Shown here: positions 26,118 through 41,159 of the stretch, piece by piece | Position numbering within the stretch: position 1 is the stretch's first letter | How the letters are laid out: every line of letters starts with the position of its first letter | From: Podarcis pityusensis | Lineage: Eukaryota | Assembly (NCBI GenBank): GCA_964106645.2 | Contig: OZ067043.1 | Reading direction: 5' to 3' (one strand) | DNA: 64,000 nucleotides | Position numbers and translations under genes: made by a program | The notes under the pieces: generated by a model | Databases searched by the model: none | Told to the model about the DNA's origin: nothing | The model's input: only the letters and a program-made list of their open reading frames with translations

Positions 26118-27264
26118 CTAGCCAGATTCAAATTCACATTCGGTATCAGTTGCATGATAATTTTCAAACACACAATCCATTAAAAAAGACCACAACAGTA
26201 ACAATGGACACACAGGGTTGGTGTGGACATAATACTAAATCATTATTAGACTTAAAGGAACAAGTCTAGCTTCCCTTAGCTCATATGAACCCTCTCTCCT
26301 TCCCCAATGCAGAGATACAGAGCAATCTGGAAGCTTTTGATTCTGTTTTTTTATTATTATAATTAAGCAAAGCTTGTTGTGTCATTCAAACATGGATGAA
26401 CTGTGGTTAAGTCTTAACTATGGTTGAGAGAAACAAATATGAAGTTGGCTTCTTTTCCCTAACCATAGTTAAGATTAACCAGTTTAAGGTTTGAATGACG
26501 TATTAAACTGTATTTAATCTAAAAAGTGGAGAAGTGGCGAGTCCAGGGGGAGGCCAAGCTCATTCTCATAAAGCTAAATCATGGTTAAGCATTTATGTCC
26601 GAGCACAGTCACAGTGAAGGATGAGAGTAAGCAAAACAATGAGTGTGAAGGGAACAGGAATGGTAAATGTACTTTGATGAAATACTTGGGGAACAACATC
26701 AGACCACAGTGTGTACTGTGTGTGAGAAATATTTCACATCACCTTGGTCCAGAATTTTATTATCAGTGGGATTATTTTTTTAAAAAATATCACTCTCTTT
26801 CCCTCAAAATGCTTGCTTTAGTTTTAAACACTTTGCCTAGCCTTTTCTTAACAGAATCAAGAAAAAGAGAACCTCTAAGGTACACAGGATGATACTTTAT
26901 CAAAGCAAATTATAATTTGCTCTGTGATTCTGGCAAAGATTATAAACATAAGGCATTAGGCTAAATAAATCATCATGAGCTTCTCTCTTCTGGTTCGTGA
27001 ATTGTTGCCTTCCCTCTTGTTTTTCTTATCTTGGCACCACAAAGGGGCATAATTGACAGCTAATTATGTGGGGATGTTTTGTTGTTTTTTTCATTTTTAA
27101 AAATCAGGCTTTCATAAGGAAGTAGTTCATTCCTAAGCCTGGGGGAGGTGAGAGGGACACTGCTAGAGTGAACATAATCATGCTATCACAGTTGCTTCTG
27201 ACAACATGCTCCTCTCTCTCATTTTGATCTTACCAGAGGGGCATAAGACAGAACAGGAGAGGTC

Positions 27265-27378
27265 TTTAAGCAGAGGTTGGCTGGCCATTTGACATGTATG
27301 ATTTAGTTGAGATTCCTGCATTGCAGGGAGTTGGACTAGATGACCCTCAGGGTCCCCTTCCAATTCTACAATTCTGTT
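27265..27378 (+). mobile_element. CR1 LINE 3' end
   Basis: gttggactagatgaccctcagggtccccttccaattctacaattct terminus. Confidence 0.75.
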
Positions 27379-28112
27379 ATTCTATGGAACCATGAGGCCC
27401 CTGCAACATTAGAACAACACTTCCCTCAGCGATGTTAAAAATGCAATTTATGCTTTGGCACGTGGGTAGAGTGCTGCTGAAGCTAAATGTAAGATACAGT
27501 TCTGAAGCACAAACAGCCTCCTGGAATAAGATAGGAGGCAGAGGAGGGAAACAGTTCATCCCTGGAGGGTACTTGACAGGAAGGAGCTCCTGTTTGTTCC
27601 TCCCCTACCTTCCGTTGCGGTAGGTGGAAAAGACCTGCTTGGGGAGGTTCCTAGCAGGATAAAAGTTTAGCTATTTTCTCTTCCCCTCCCTTAGAAGAAG
27701 TAAAGAATGAATGGGAAGGATGATGGAAAAGATGGCAGGAGTTTTTTCTAGCTCTCATCTTTCACTCCAAAACTTGTGAAAAACCAAGACAGAAAATGGC
27801 CAGTGGGAGCCACTGCAGAGCCCACATTTCTTGCGCATCTGCTTAAATCTTTGCACTATTCTTGAGAGAATTGTTTAAAATTGGAGAGGGGAACTCTTTT
27901 GAAACCATAAGTGAATCTTCTGAAACGTTTTATGACAGCCTAAAGCCCTGGTTTTTAACTGAGCAACCTTGGCTCTAAGCTGACTCAGCACTCTCAAAAT
28001 CAAGACACAAAGGCAGGGAACCCACTAAAGTGTGATGGCTTTAATGGTTTATAATGACTTAAAACTTCCCTGCCTTCCATACAATGTTTAAATTGTCTTC
28101 ACTAAAATCTAC

Positions 28113-28202
28113 CTTTTTAGTTGGCAACCGTCCTGTTAATGTTTGTAAGAAACTTGACGTCTCTGTGTGCGAAGACATACGATTACAACTTCGGTCTGTG
28201 GC
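28113..28202 (-). CDS. DOCK7: DOCK7 exon ATDRSCNR...LPTKK (90 nt)
   Basis: Translated by hand; tag/gtagat sites. Confidence 0.95.
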
Positions 28203-29797
28203 CTACAGAGTGGGAAATGAATGAATGATGACAGCACATTAAAGTTGGTTGCAGGTGACATTTGCAGTTTGGGGGCTACGAACATCAACAAAGTAAACAG
28301 AAACATCCAGGTATCAAATTCTTTTGTGCATCTTGTCAAATAAAGGCCCAGTCCGGACAATCATTTGAGGAATCATAAGACAAGATATATGAAGCTGGGA
28401 ATGAGTGAAGGGGCCAAGCATCCTTCCCTTCCACCTCCATCCAATTTGGGCATGGAAACCACTGAATGAACACCCACACTGTGGAATTCTGGCTTAATGT
28501 TCATTAACAAATCAGAAACTAAGTCAGGATGTGATCTAATCCCGGCTTATTTTCCTTGTTTGTTAACCGACATTAAGACAGAGTTCCTCGGTTTTGATAC
28601 AAAAACCAGGATCTTTACACCAAAGCTGTTGTGCAGCATGAGGAGGAGAGGGAAGAGAAGGGGAGCTTGACCCTGACTTCATAAGCCATGGCTTACAAAG
28701 TCTCAAATGCAATTTGTTTAGCAAAACATCTGCAGGGTTTAGGGCTCAGGCTTCTTTAAAATCAAGTGCAAAGTTTTCGCATAAAGATATGTATTGTTGC
28801 AAAGCATGAAACTGGTGTGTAGCAGCATTATATTCTCTTGATGTATATATTAAGAAAACAGTGTACTTTAAGATATCAGCGCCATTCCTTCCAGCTTAAA
28901 CAAATGCAGGGTTCTTACCTCCAAAGTATAATCCAATACCAATGGTTATTGCACTAAATGTGACTTTTTTGATTCTTAAATCTGGTTTTAATTTTGACGG
29001 CTTTTTGGCTAGAATGATGTTCATTTCTATCAGATTTGTTTGGGGTTGAAAAGATGTTGTTTTGCTTTTGTAGATAAAGCTGAGAGGTATGTTCAACTGA
29101 CTTCAACCCATTCCTTTGTTGGTACAAATATCCAATAAATCAATAATCATGCAGTGTTAAGAAGCAAGCAGCTAAGGTTATAGTGTCAAGACCTATAAGG
29201 TTACAGTGTCAAGACTCCAAATATTTCATACTTTGCAACAAAGGTATCTCTTATGACACCCTCCCCACTGTATCCAAATGTTATTAGCTGAGATTAAGAT
29301 CTAACATACACAACAATGCCGTTTTAATTGCGGTCACCTATTCACATGACAAAAGGAGGAGGGGTGGATGAGGGGAAAAAATGCATTATGAAAATGGTGA
29401 AAAGGAAAAGTGGCATGTTACCAAAACAACAACAACAACTTATATTTGGGGGAGGGGATTCTTAGTACATGTTTCCATTAGGAATATGTGTCACCTAACA
29501 ATTCAGAATTTTTGTAGTGGTAGATTATAAAGAAAGGGGGAAAGGAAATTAAATTATATAGCATCATCATTTCACAAACCCAGAAACAACTGAAACACAA
29601 AGCGAGGACAAACAGTGGTGGCAAGTGGGTGGTTTTTCATGCAGTGTGGTGGTGCTGGGGGTGGAGAATGAGGACATGGAACTCTTCAAAATAGATAAAG
29701 GCAAGTCAAGGAGACCACAGTGTAAACTCGGGAGGATAAGATGTTCTATAAGGTAATAGTAGCCAAGGCAAGAAGAAAGCTCTAATGTAGACACCAC

Positions 29798-29890
29798 CTG
29801 TGTAGTCTCTGCACTTGGACTGGGGTTGGATCCCCATGGGGCAGCTTTTGGAGCACCAGTGTTTACCCAGGAATTGGAGCGGTCTAAGCC
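29798..29890 (-). CDS. DOCK7: DOCK7 exon GLDRSNSW...AETTQ (93 nt, symmetric, likely cassette)
   Basis: cag/gtggtg sites, phase 0/0; matches recalled DOCK7 segment. Confidence 0.93.
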
Positions 29891-31931
29891 CTGGGCATAT
29901 AACAGAAAGCAGCAGGGAAAGGAAAGAAATGTTACATGTTGCATGCCACACAGTACAGGAAAACGCAGAGAAAATCAATTCCTTCAAAGAAACCCAGAGT
30001 GTATTCCATACAATTAGTACTGTTAAAACTACCTACGTTTTAGTCCAAAGGGTTATTTCTCTCATTTCCCCATCACACACGCGCTCACATGCTAAAAAGA
30101 TGGATGTCTTCAATAAAGGGCATCTTATCAAATTTCCCTATTTTTTTATTGATTTTTAAAAATATATAAGAAAAGCACTCATAAATATGTGTATGATGCT
30201 GTAACTATAGGCCCAGATCCAAATAAAGTCAGTCACACTGAAATGAGTGGAACTTATAAATGAGTTGCAGTTAAACTTGTCTTATAAATTTCAGTGAGAT
30301 TTAGGAGCAGCTAATTTTGCCTGAATTTGGGTCATTGATTACATCTTAAAGAAACCATTTTTGTGAGTTTTTAAACAAATACAAGAACCATTAAACATTT
30401 AGTACATCTAATGGTGTTTGTTCTAGCCATTGACTTTAAACATAAACTTACATATTCAATGTTCAAACATATTACTTAACATAACCTCTCCACTGAGACT
30501 ATTGAGCGGTTGGTATAACAAGGATTTTATCTTATTACTTCAAAGAAAGTAGCCTCATCAGGCCTCTCTTCACCAGCTCAGAGTAATGAAACCTGTCCAC
30601 ATACATTTCTGGGCACACAAAAATCGATATCTGCACACAGATGCACCCAAATTGCTGTTTCAAAAGTTTTCTAGTCTCCTGTAAATTGCTACAGCCATCC
30701 TGTTGGCATTTTATACTTGGACCAAAGGTCCCTGAACCAAACATTGGCAGATAAATAATGAATAAACAATCCAGGTCTCAGAGTCAAAATTTATAAACCA
30801 TGAAGCAATATGAAAACACTCTTAGGAGTTTAGAAACTCGCAGTAAATAAAGTTCAACAGCTGGGGCAAGAACAGTCCTGCAATCAAAATTTCTGTAAGA
30901 TGCAGTTTGTGGTTGGTTGGTGTTCCACCTGCCTTTTAAAAATCCATTGGTCAGTCTGAGTGCCAATCATGTCCTTGTATTGTATTCCTCCTTCCACTCC
31001 CCCAGCTCCCACCTCACACTCCCTCACCCCCTGGGTGCAGGGCAGGAACTGAAATAATCCAATCCATAATTTGGACCCAATCTATATTTTTTTCTAAAGC
31101 AAAACAGGATTTCAGAAGCATAGCAAAAAGCCCCAAATCAGATTTTGGTCGGGGAAAGAAATCATGACACTTCCAAAGCAAAATTGAGGGTTTCCACTGA
31201 TTTTGATGTCCCCAGAGTTTTACAATATCTCTGCCAGGCTGTCGCATTACTCCTTCCAGCTTATTAAAAAGCAGAATATGTTTCTGTAAGAAAGCTTCTA
31301 TCCATTTTTATTGCCAAATTACTCAAGGCCAGGCAGCTCACATAAAACTTATCATATCCAAGGTAAATTCCATGTGCACATCACTCCCTCAGGCATTTCA
31401 CAAAAAGGTCAAGGTGGTTTAATTAGCAAGACCATCAAATGGATACTTAAATATTCTGAGCTCTCCCAGTCAAAGCCTTTAATGTTTAATAAGAACAACA
31501 CGTGTCACTTTTTGGGGTGAAATGGTTTTTTTTAATCATTCAAAAATTATTAAATTCCTTGGTGCTTCCATTTCCATCTTGCCCTTTTATACAAACGGGG
31601 CGATGACTTAAAAAAATAAAGTGCCTTCGATTGATTTTTCATGTAACTGGGTGTAAAACGCTTTTAAAGTGGCTCATAAAATAATTTGGACCGAAAGGAA
31701 AAAGTAAAGGTCAGAACTTCACAATAAAAGAGTCTGCTCTTTCGTTGCCTTTGTCCTTGTACAGGTAGAGCACCTTGAAAAGTAACCTGCTAACGACTGC
31801 AAACACCCTTTGAGCGCTGCCTTCCTGAACAAGCAAGAACATCGCGGCACATTTTAAAGTACAAGCTGCATCCAATTTAGGGCAGATAACACTGCCTGGA
31901 CCTCAGTGGGGTTTGAAAATGTAAGAGATTA

Positions 31932-32246
<315 letters not shown>

Positions 32247-32812
32247 TCAAGTACCAGTCACTTCCACAGCGTCCTCAATGGTGCTGTTGGCAGGTCCCTT
32301 GGGTTCAAGTCATCCTTTGTGTTGCCTTCACTTCCCATCGGTCTCTGAAAATGATTGCCTTTGAAGCTTTCAAAGGAGGCACTGGAAGCCCCAGCTGGTC
32401 TGGAATTCATGCAGTGCCTTCATCAAGATGCCTGCACTTACTCAGTGGTGAGGAAAAGAGCCTGAACAGATGAGCCTTGATTCAACAAACCACAAGGGAA
32501 GGGAGATCTTCTGACACCACCCACTCCAGCTGAAGCTGCTTGTATCCCCTAGAAATATGTTCCTTGAGGTTGTGGGACTACTCAGCATGGGTGGACAGGA
32601 GATGGGGAGCAACCGTGTGGAGGTGGAAACTGGGAAGCATTAGGGACTCTGGTGCATCCAAGCGATGGTTGTGTGCACTGTGCTTTTTGTCAACTAACTC
32701 ACATGTTCTCTTGCTAAAACTAGGCTCAGCCTCTGACAAACTCCAAGACGACTAACACCTGGAGAAGCATGCCCCTCAGTTCCAATCTTTACCCCCCAAA
32801 AAGAGAACCCAC

Positions 32813-32977
32813 CTGAAGATGGTGAATTGGGAGAGGTGTTTGGCAAGCGAAAAACGTAATAAATATATGAGGTGAGGAGGTTGTTTCTGCCATGCTGGTC
32901 TTGGTTTCCTTCGAGGTTTTTGTGGAGTCTGTTTACAATAGAGGCCATGGCTTCAAAAGACGCTTGACCCAGATTTA
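32813..32977 (-). CDS. DOCK7: DOCK7 exon (V)NLGQASF...NSPSS (165 nt)
   Basis: tag/gtgggt sites, phase 1/1. Confidence 0.95.
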
Positions 32978-33986
32978 CTAAAAATAAATAAATCAAGCAG
33001 TTCAGCATTTATCAATATAGGTAACCTCACTATCACAACAGCTTTTTTTTTTTTAAGCTAAGCCCACATTCATTTCTCATGAAAAACATTTCCAGAGTAG
33101 CTTAAGTATTATGAAATTTAACCCTTAGCGGGGAGAGCAAGCACTTGATTTATTAAGACTTTCTAGGATGCTGAATAGTTTATATAGCATAAATTATAAG
33201 TTCCAACAAGGAATTGGGTAAGAAATGGTTCAGGCAGCATGCCAACCAGAAAGAGTAGAATCCAAATTGGTGCACTGTGGTCACAAAAAGGTTTTAGATG
33301 CAGCAGAGGTGTTTGCTAACGGAATAGGAAGAGTGATAATTTCTGTCACTTCTTCCTTCCCCTACACTTCCCCCCATTCCACCTTCCACCCTGTTCTGGA
33401 AGATCTCTCAACTGCCTGAAGCTGATTTTTTTTAAGGTGTTAGGAGTGGCAAAAGGAAAGAAATTGCCTCTCCTCCTCGTCCATTAATGGACACCCCCAC
33501 TGATCAAAGGACACCAACTGGAAATCACTAACCGTCGCAGTCAAAATGTTTAGCTCCCTTCCATTTCAATCCTCTACCATAGCTAACAAGTATACATAAG
33601 GGATACATATGAAAAGGTATTGTGATGGATGGGGAAGTGTTACATGTATCATAACTGGCCAAATATAATATATTGTTGTCCCTGGGATGACTTCATAGTA
33701 ATTTCAATTATCCGCACTACAGTACAAAGGAGAAGGCACTGAACGTCAAGCCAGCTCTGGCGTACTCTACTGAGAGTAACACAGAAACACACACATGGTG
33801 AACTCCAAACATCTCCTAATTCCATTCATCGAGACTTCCAATCAATGATAGCCCCAAATGTTACAGGTGAACAATGAAAACATCCTTGAACATGTCCATG
33901 AAGAACAAAACGTCAACATGTAATTATGGCAGTTTAAAGTGTGGATGAACTAATGCAGTAGGGAGGGTTCGCTCCAAGGTCTATCA

Positions 33987-34280
<294 letters not shown>

Positions 34281-34385
34281 CTAAGCCATGTTACTTCAAA
34301 AGTGAATTATATATTTTGTCTAAACAAAAAATACATTTCTCTGTGAGTGAGAGAGATAGGAGAAATTATATCTAGATTGGATTCA

Positions 34386-34580
<195 letters not shown>

Positions 34581-34711
34581 TTACAGATAGGTCTAGCAAA
34601 AGCAGGCACTCCATTCAATATTAGACATGGAAGATATGAACATCTTTTAAAGCTTGCTGTCTAAGAAAGGGATCAGAATATTTCAGATGCCTACTGCTTC
34701 AATTATCATTA

Positions 34712-34834
<123 letters not shown>

Positions 34835-35414
34835 TTAACGGGGGAAAGAAGGCAAAATATCTCATTTGTACACAGGGTATGTCCAATTCATCCAACATAA
34901 TAATAATAAAACTTATCTGAAGGTACAGGATAAGAACAACACACTATCAGAATCACAAGGATTTGGGTTCAAGAGTGCATGGACTTTGTGTTGAGTGGTA
35001 TATGCTCCAATTCTTACTCCAAAACAGGGTCGCAGGCCACAATCCCAGAGGCCCCCAGGTTCTCGCCAGGCCATGTCCCCTTTCCCCAGACAGTGCCCCT
35101 CACTGGCCCTGCCCTGCATCCTTCTTAAGTGCCTTTGCCTTGCTTATATTAGTCTCTGAACGGTGGTAATGCCTGTATGGTGCTCTGATTTTTGCTGGGC
35201 TGGAATGGAGTCTACTGGACAAAGGCAAGAAACATCTGTTGCTCCAGAAACATTTGGCCCTGGCCCCACCTGCCCCATGCATGTGCCCCCCAGAAGGCTG
35301 TCCATGAGGTAACGTGGCCCTTGGTTTGAAACAGGTTCCCTACCGTTGCTCTAAAAGGAAGAGGCGGAAGGAAATATAAGACTAGAAAATGGAAAACATG
35401 AAAGAAACGCTTCA

Positions 35415-35927
<513 letters not shown>

Positions 35928-37699
35928 TTAAGATAAAAAAATTCATCTGTAAGTATAAAGCTTTCAAAGCCTAGAATACAGCCATGCTTAACTGCCTGCT
36001 GCTCTTCTGCATTTAAATAGAATCTTATTGTGTGAGAAGCATAAAGAAAAAAAGAAGAATTAATAATTCCCACTTAGTTCCCTAACTCCAGAAAACCAAA
36101 TTCTATAAGACCTTCAGGTGAATTTAGCATTTCTAATATAAGAGGCAAATTTGCATGATCAAATCTTGGTTTAATGATACAGGAATGCTATTCTTTAAAT
36201 ATTTAATGGCCTGTTTGTTCTCTCTTAGCAAGTTACAGACAGGGAGGCAAGCTTGAGAAACGGTAAACCACTACAGTACTTAAAAAAACCAAAAAACACT
36301 GCATTACAGTAAGATAAATGTACTCATGACTCAGGGAACATCTGAAGTGCTTTGAGCACCTTCAAAACATATCACAGCACTCTGGAAAATTCCTTGCCCT
36401 GCTCTCCAACAGCATCAGCTACTAGCTCAAGGAAGAGAGCTGGACCTTGTATGTGATGAACAGCACTTTGGAGACAGTGTAAGTGTTCAGAAATGCAGTG
36501 CAAAATAGATGAACCCAGTCTCACATTGTGCAGATGAGTACCTTTGAAGCCCTCCCCTGCTCCCAGTGGGTAGGGACAGGGTCCTGGGAGCCTCCAATTT
36601 TTGCTGACTGCTCAACCCTGGCTACCTAAACCAGCCAAAATTTATTGACCCTTTTTCTAAGTGTTTTGCTAGAATACTTGGCATGCCACCAGGATCAAGC
36701 TGCATGTGATTTAAAAGTCAAAAGAATGACAAATCCCTGAAAAAGCCAAATAACATATAAATGAGATTTGGACACTTTAAACCTTAATAGGATTTGGGCA
36801 CTTTGGCCTCAGTCCTAAACCACTTTTACCCTTCATTGGGCTCCATCCAATATATTCCACTATTAATAGCTTGAAGAGGACGACAAAAATTCTGGACATA
36901 ATTATAAGGGGAAAAAATTCCTCACAAACTAAATAAACTTTAACCCAAATAAACTGAGCATTGGGTCAAGTTCCATTTACGAACGGAATGTCCACCAATT
37001 GCAGGATTTAATTTTTAGATGTACTGAATATCTGATTCAATAAATAAACAAACAAGCAAGCTCAGTGCCTTTTGCAAGACAGACCATATTGCAAGGTTAT
37101 CTGTTGCCAGGACTTTTGGAATTTGGCATTCCAAAGCGTAAATTTCAATGAAACAAAAATGTCAGATTCTTCATCCAAAATATATTGTGCATGATAGCAC
37201 AATACTCATATTTTAAAATTTTATATATATACATTATCCTAATGGGTAGCTTTTCTGTATTTAGTCACAACGTATGCTTACAAACAACACAGTGCAAGCA
37301 TTAGTGCCATGGTGGTGGTTGGTTTCATGAGACGGAGAGCACCTGAGAAAAAAATCGTACATAAAGGCTGCTGCAGTGTTCATGTACTTGACATGCCATG
37401 CTCCCCATAGGATTCTTAAAGAAGTCTAAATGCCATGTTTTGCACCAGCTGCCAAACATAGGATCAATACACATAGTGATAAAACCATTATCAAAAAATG
37501 GCATATATCCCACATTACATTGTCCACAGACCAAGAGGACTGCAGAAACATCAAGGCCTTTGTCACTGTTTTGCTTTATACTTATAATCAAAAGCACCAT
37601 GCACCTAGCTATTGGTACACTGTTATAACCACTACTGTCTTGCTTCCAATTGTAATTGCATTGTGCACATAGTGTCACGTGACGTCTTTTGCATTTTAC

Positions 37700-37770
37700 C
37701 TGTTATGATACACAACAGCTGTATATGCTTCTTTTGAAAATTCAGCACAGCTGGATTTTCCAAATATTAC
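37700..37770 (-). CDS. DOCK7: DOCK7 exon VIFGKSSC...VYHN(R) (71 nt)
   Basis: Translated by hand; cag/gtaaaa sites. Confidence 0.95.
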
Positions 37771-38633
37771 CTGCAAAAGGAAATAAAACAAGACAATTTA
37801 ACATTGCTTTTGAGTTCTAGAAGTTAGGCTAAGAGCCAAGAGCCTTTACCAACATCAGTGAAATGTCGGTCAATTTTGCCAAGGCAAAATGAACACCAGA
37901 ACCTCTACTGGTAAGACTACATTTTATATAATTATGATGCACGTCAGTTTAAACAATGATTACAAATGGAAAATGGGCAGGACGTGATTAGGCTGGAATG
38001 ATGGTTGCTACAATTTCATGAGATAGGTGATTCCATTTCTCTGCTGCACATTAAGCAATGTTGGTTGTATGAGCATCGTAGAAAAGAAATGGCAAGAACT
38101 ACATAAGCACAAGCCCAAACGCACCATGAAGTTTGAAAGGTTAGATTAGGCTTGTGTAGGGGCTCATGATTATGGCTATCCAGAAAAGAGTTTTCTCAGC
38201 AATGGCCACTCAATTGTGAGACTTTCCAGTTGAGGGTCCTTTACAATGTATAAAAGACCTTTGAAGACAGCTCTTTCCTCACCAGCTGTTAGTGGGTAAC
38301 ATTATCTTGAGGATTTTGTGCTGTGGGTCCTTGGATTTTAATGCTGCTTTTCTCATTTGAAATGCATGGAGCATTTTTTTCTCCAATTCTTATCTTTTAT
38401 TTATATATTCTAATGTGTGCAAAACAATCTTAGATGCTGTGGAAGCCACTTTGTAGAGAAGACTTCTGAAAAAGTGGGGTATAAATTTATTCAATTAGTA
38501 AATAAATTGGAGGACACAAGATGTCATAAAATAACATGTCATGAATATTTAAATTTAATATGAACTGTGCTCTATTCTTGCTGGGCCTGCAGAAAGGGTA
38601 GGAAGCAACATTGAGTCCAAAGCAGACTACTCA

Positions 38634-38897
<264 letters not shown>

Positions 38898-39265
38898 TTA
38901 CATAATGAATACTGCATCATACAACTATGAAGATATACCAAAGTGTCTTGGGCATCAGTTATAAACTTTGGAGCAATGTAGTGTGTTGTGTGAGGCCAAC
39001 GATGCACATTATTGCATCTTTTCTGCCTGCTTTCTTACACTTCTGAAACATAAACAATGCAAAAAGAAATCATGTAAGAGAAGTAGCCTGCAAACAGCAA
39101 GGGAAAACGAGAGTCAGAATGCATTATTTCTCAATATATCTTTGCCCATTTTGACATGACGCGTCTAAGTTTTACCATTTGGCTTTTCACAAACTCCCAA
39201 ACACAAAACATCACTGAGTCACTTGCTACAGATCCTCCACCAATGGTTTGGCATATACCATATTC

Positions 39266-39401
39266 CAGGCATAGGCAAACTCAGCCCTCCAGATGTTTTG
39301 GGACTACAATTTCCATCATCCCTAGCTAACAGGACCAGTGGTCAGGGATGTTGGGAGTTGTAGTCCCAAAACATCTGGAGGGCCGAGTTTGCCTACGCCT
39401 G
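39266..39401. mobile_element. Palindromic hAT-type MITE (136 bp)
   Basis: Near-perfect foldback CAGGCATAGGCAAACT...AGTTTGCCTACGCCTG; exact 8-bp TSD CCATATTC at 39258-39265 and 39402-39409. Confidence 0.9.
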
Positions 39402-40992
39402 CCATATTCCATATTCCACTGAGCCACAACTTCCCTGACTCACCACGACACTCCATTCTCAATGGGTTGCTTCCAAAGGCTCATATTCTCCAAATAGACA
39501 GAATCTCCCTCTGTCAGAGGAAGGAACCTTCTGTTGTCAGTAGCAGATATACCTTCAAATCAAACCCAATAGACTTTGCATTGTTCTTGTGCTACACAGA
39601 ATGGTGGACTATAGAGCCACATTATCTTTCTGCATTCCATACACTGCAGCAAGCTGAAGTGAGCAGATAGGGCTTTCTTTCTGTTTCAAAGGAAGACCTT
39701 CATGCTGAATTAAGCGCCGGAATTTCATCCCCATTGGTCATCTGGCTTAATCAATGTTCTCTTTATTATTTCTGCAGGCGGCTGCTGAAATACTTCTTTT
39801 TCCCCCTTTTTTGTGGCTCTCCTAAATTACCTCATTCTGGCATGAATACATTTGCTCCTCAACGTGCTTTTTCAAATAAAAATGGATATGAAAATTTACT
39901 TTAAAATGTACTTTTCTCATAAAACTTTCATTAAGTGTTATTAGTAGCTTAAGAGGGGGATTTAAATGTATTTGCGAAGCCAAGCTGTGTGATCCCTATA
40001 TTAAGAACAGTGTTCTTCTGGGGACTCATATTGGTACTGGCCATTAAAAAAAAAGGACTTATGCCCCTTGCACTCTTCTTTGGTGGTATTTTCTCTTAAG
40101 TACAGGTGAGGAACATTTCAATCCAAAGCGAAACTGTTTTGGTTAGAAGGTTAAATGTTTCTCCTGTTCAACATGCATCTATTTGCTTTTAAAAGCTTAG
40201 CAAATAGAATCCTGCCCTGGGGTTGACAGTGTTGCAAGAGGGAGAGAAACAAAGAGTTAAAACCCCACAACTTGCATCCAATAGGACAAATGCCATCATA
40301 CTTTCTCGTGACGATCCTGGAAGTGATCCTCTTTCTCCCTTCTGGGCTATGTGCCTTTCCTTGTCTTTGCAATGAATTATCTCTTTAAAACCCTACACTC
40401 CTCATATAGCATTCTGCCAGTGCATGGTATATTTTGTCATAGGTATGACCTTCTTATAGTGTACTCCTACACATGAACTTTTCAGAGTCTTATAAATCCC
40501 TTACAGCTTTATATCCCCTTTGGGGTTCAATGGTGTCCTAAAGTATGGAGGAAATCACTTCTGCTTGAACAACATGGTGGCATCCTTCCTAATATATCCT
40601 CCCTTTTCAACTTTTACTATGATCCACACGGATGCCAACCACCAAGAAGGAATGATGGGCCAAGCAAGGAGAGATCAGTAGTCCCAGGCTCCCCAGGCAG
40701 CCAGGGCAAAAGAAGGCTATGCACCGTTGAAGGAGATCAAGGTGGAGGTTCAGCACCATGCATAGTACTCCTGTAGCTGACACCAAAACATACAAGTTGT
40801 CTCAGCAAAGTTCTTCAGCAACTGGTCAAATTTTATAGGAGGGCTAGGTAGTCATTGACTAGAAGCCTCATCACTTAAGTACTGCCTGCAGCTGATCTCT
40901 CCTCACAGCTGATAAAAAAAAAAGTCCCTGTCATAAATGGCTAGTCAGGTTGGTTTGTCTGTTTTGGTGTCCAAAAAGCCTAACGAGAACAC

Positions 40993-41066
40993 AGGTTACA
41001 CTCATTTAAGTTTAATGATCAACTACCTCAACTTGACTTTTCAGGTCTGAGCAGCATATATTTATA
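40993..41066 (+). promoter_or_regulatory. ANGPTL3 proximal promoter: DR4-like element (40993-41008), HNF1-like site (41011-41023), TATA-like box (41057-41066)
   Basis: AGGTTA-cact-CATTTA; TTTAATGATCAAC is 11/13 to GTTAATNATTAAC; TATATTTATA about 95 nt before the ATG. LXR and HNF1A are established regulators of mammalian ANGPTL3. Confidence 0.65.
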
Positions 41067-41159
41067 GGCAAACTAAGTTGCAAGGACTATCACATAGAAC
41101 GGCTAACAGCAGCTTGGAAAAGCTTTTCTTTTCCAAAGGCTATCATAAACAGAAAGAAA

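Noticed and set aside
31774-31824. 51-nt in-frame exon-like unit EGSAQRVFAVVSRLLFK (minus strand)
   Set aside because: The acceptor is acceptable but the donor AAG|gtgctc is weak, and there is no supporting homology.
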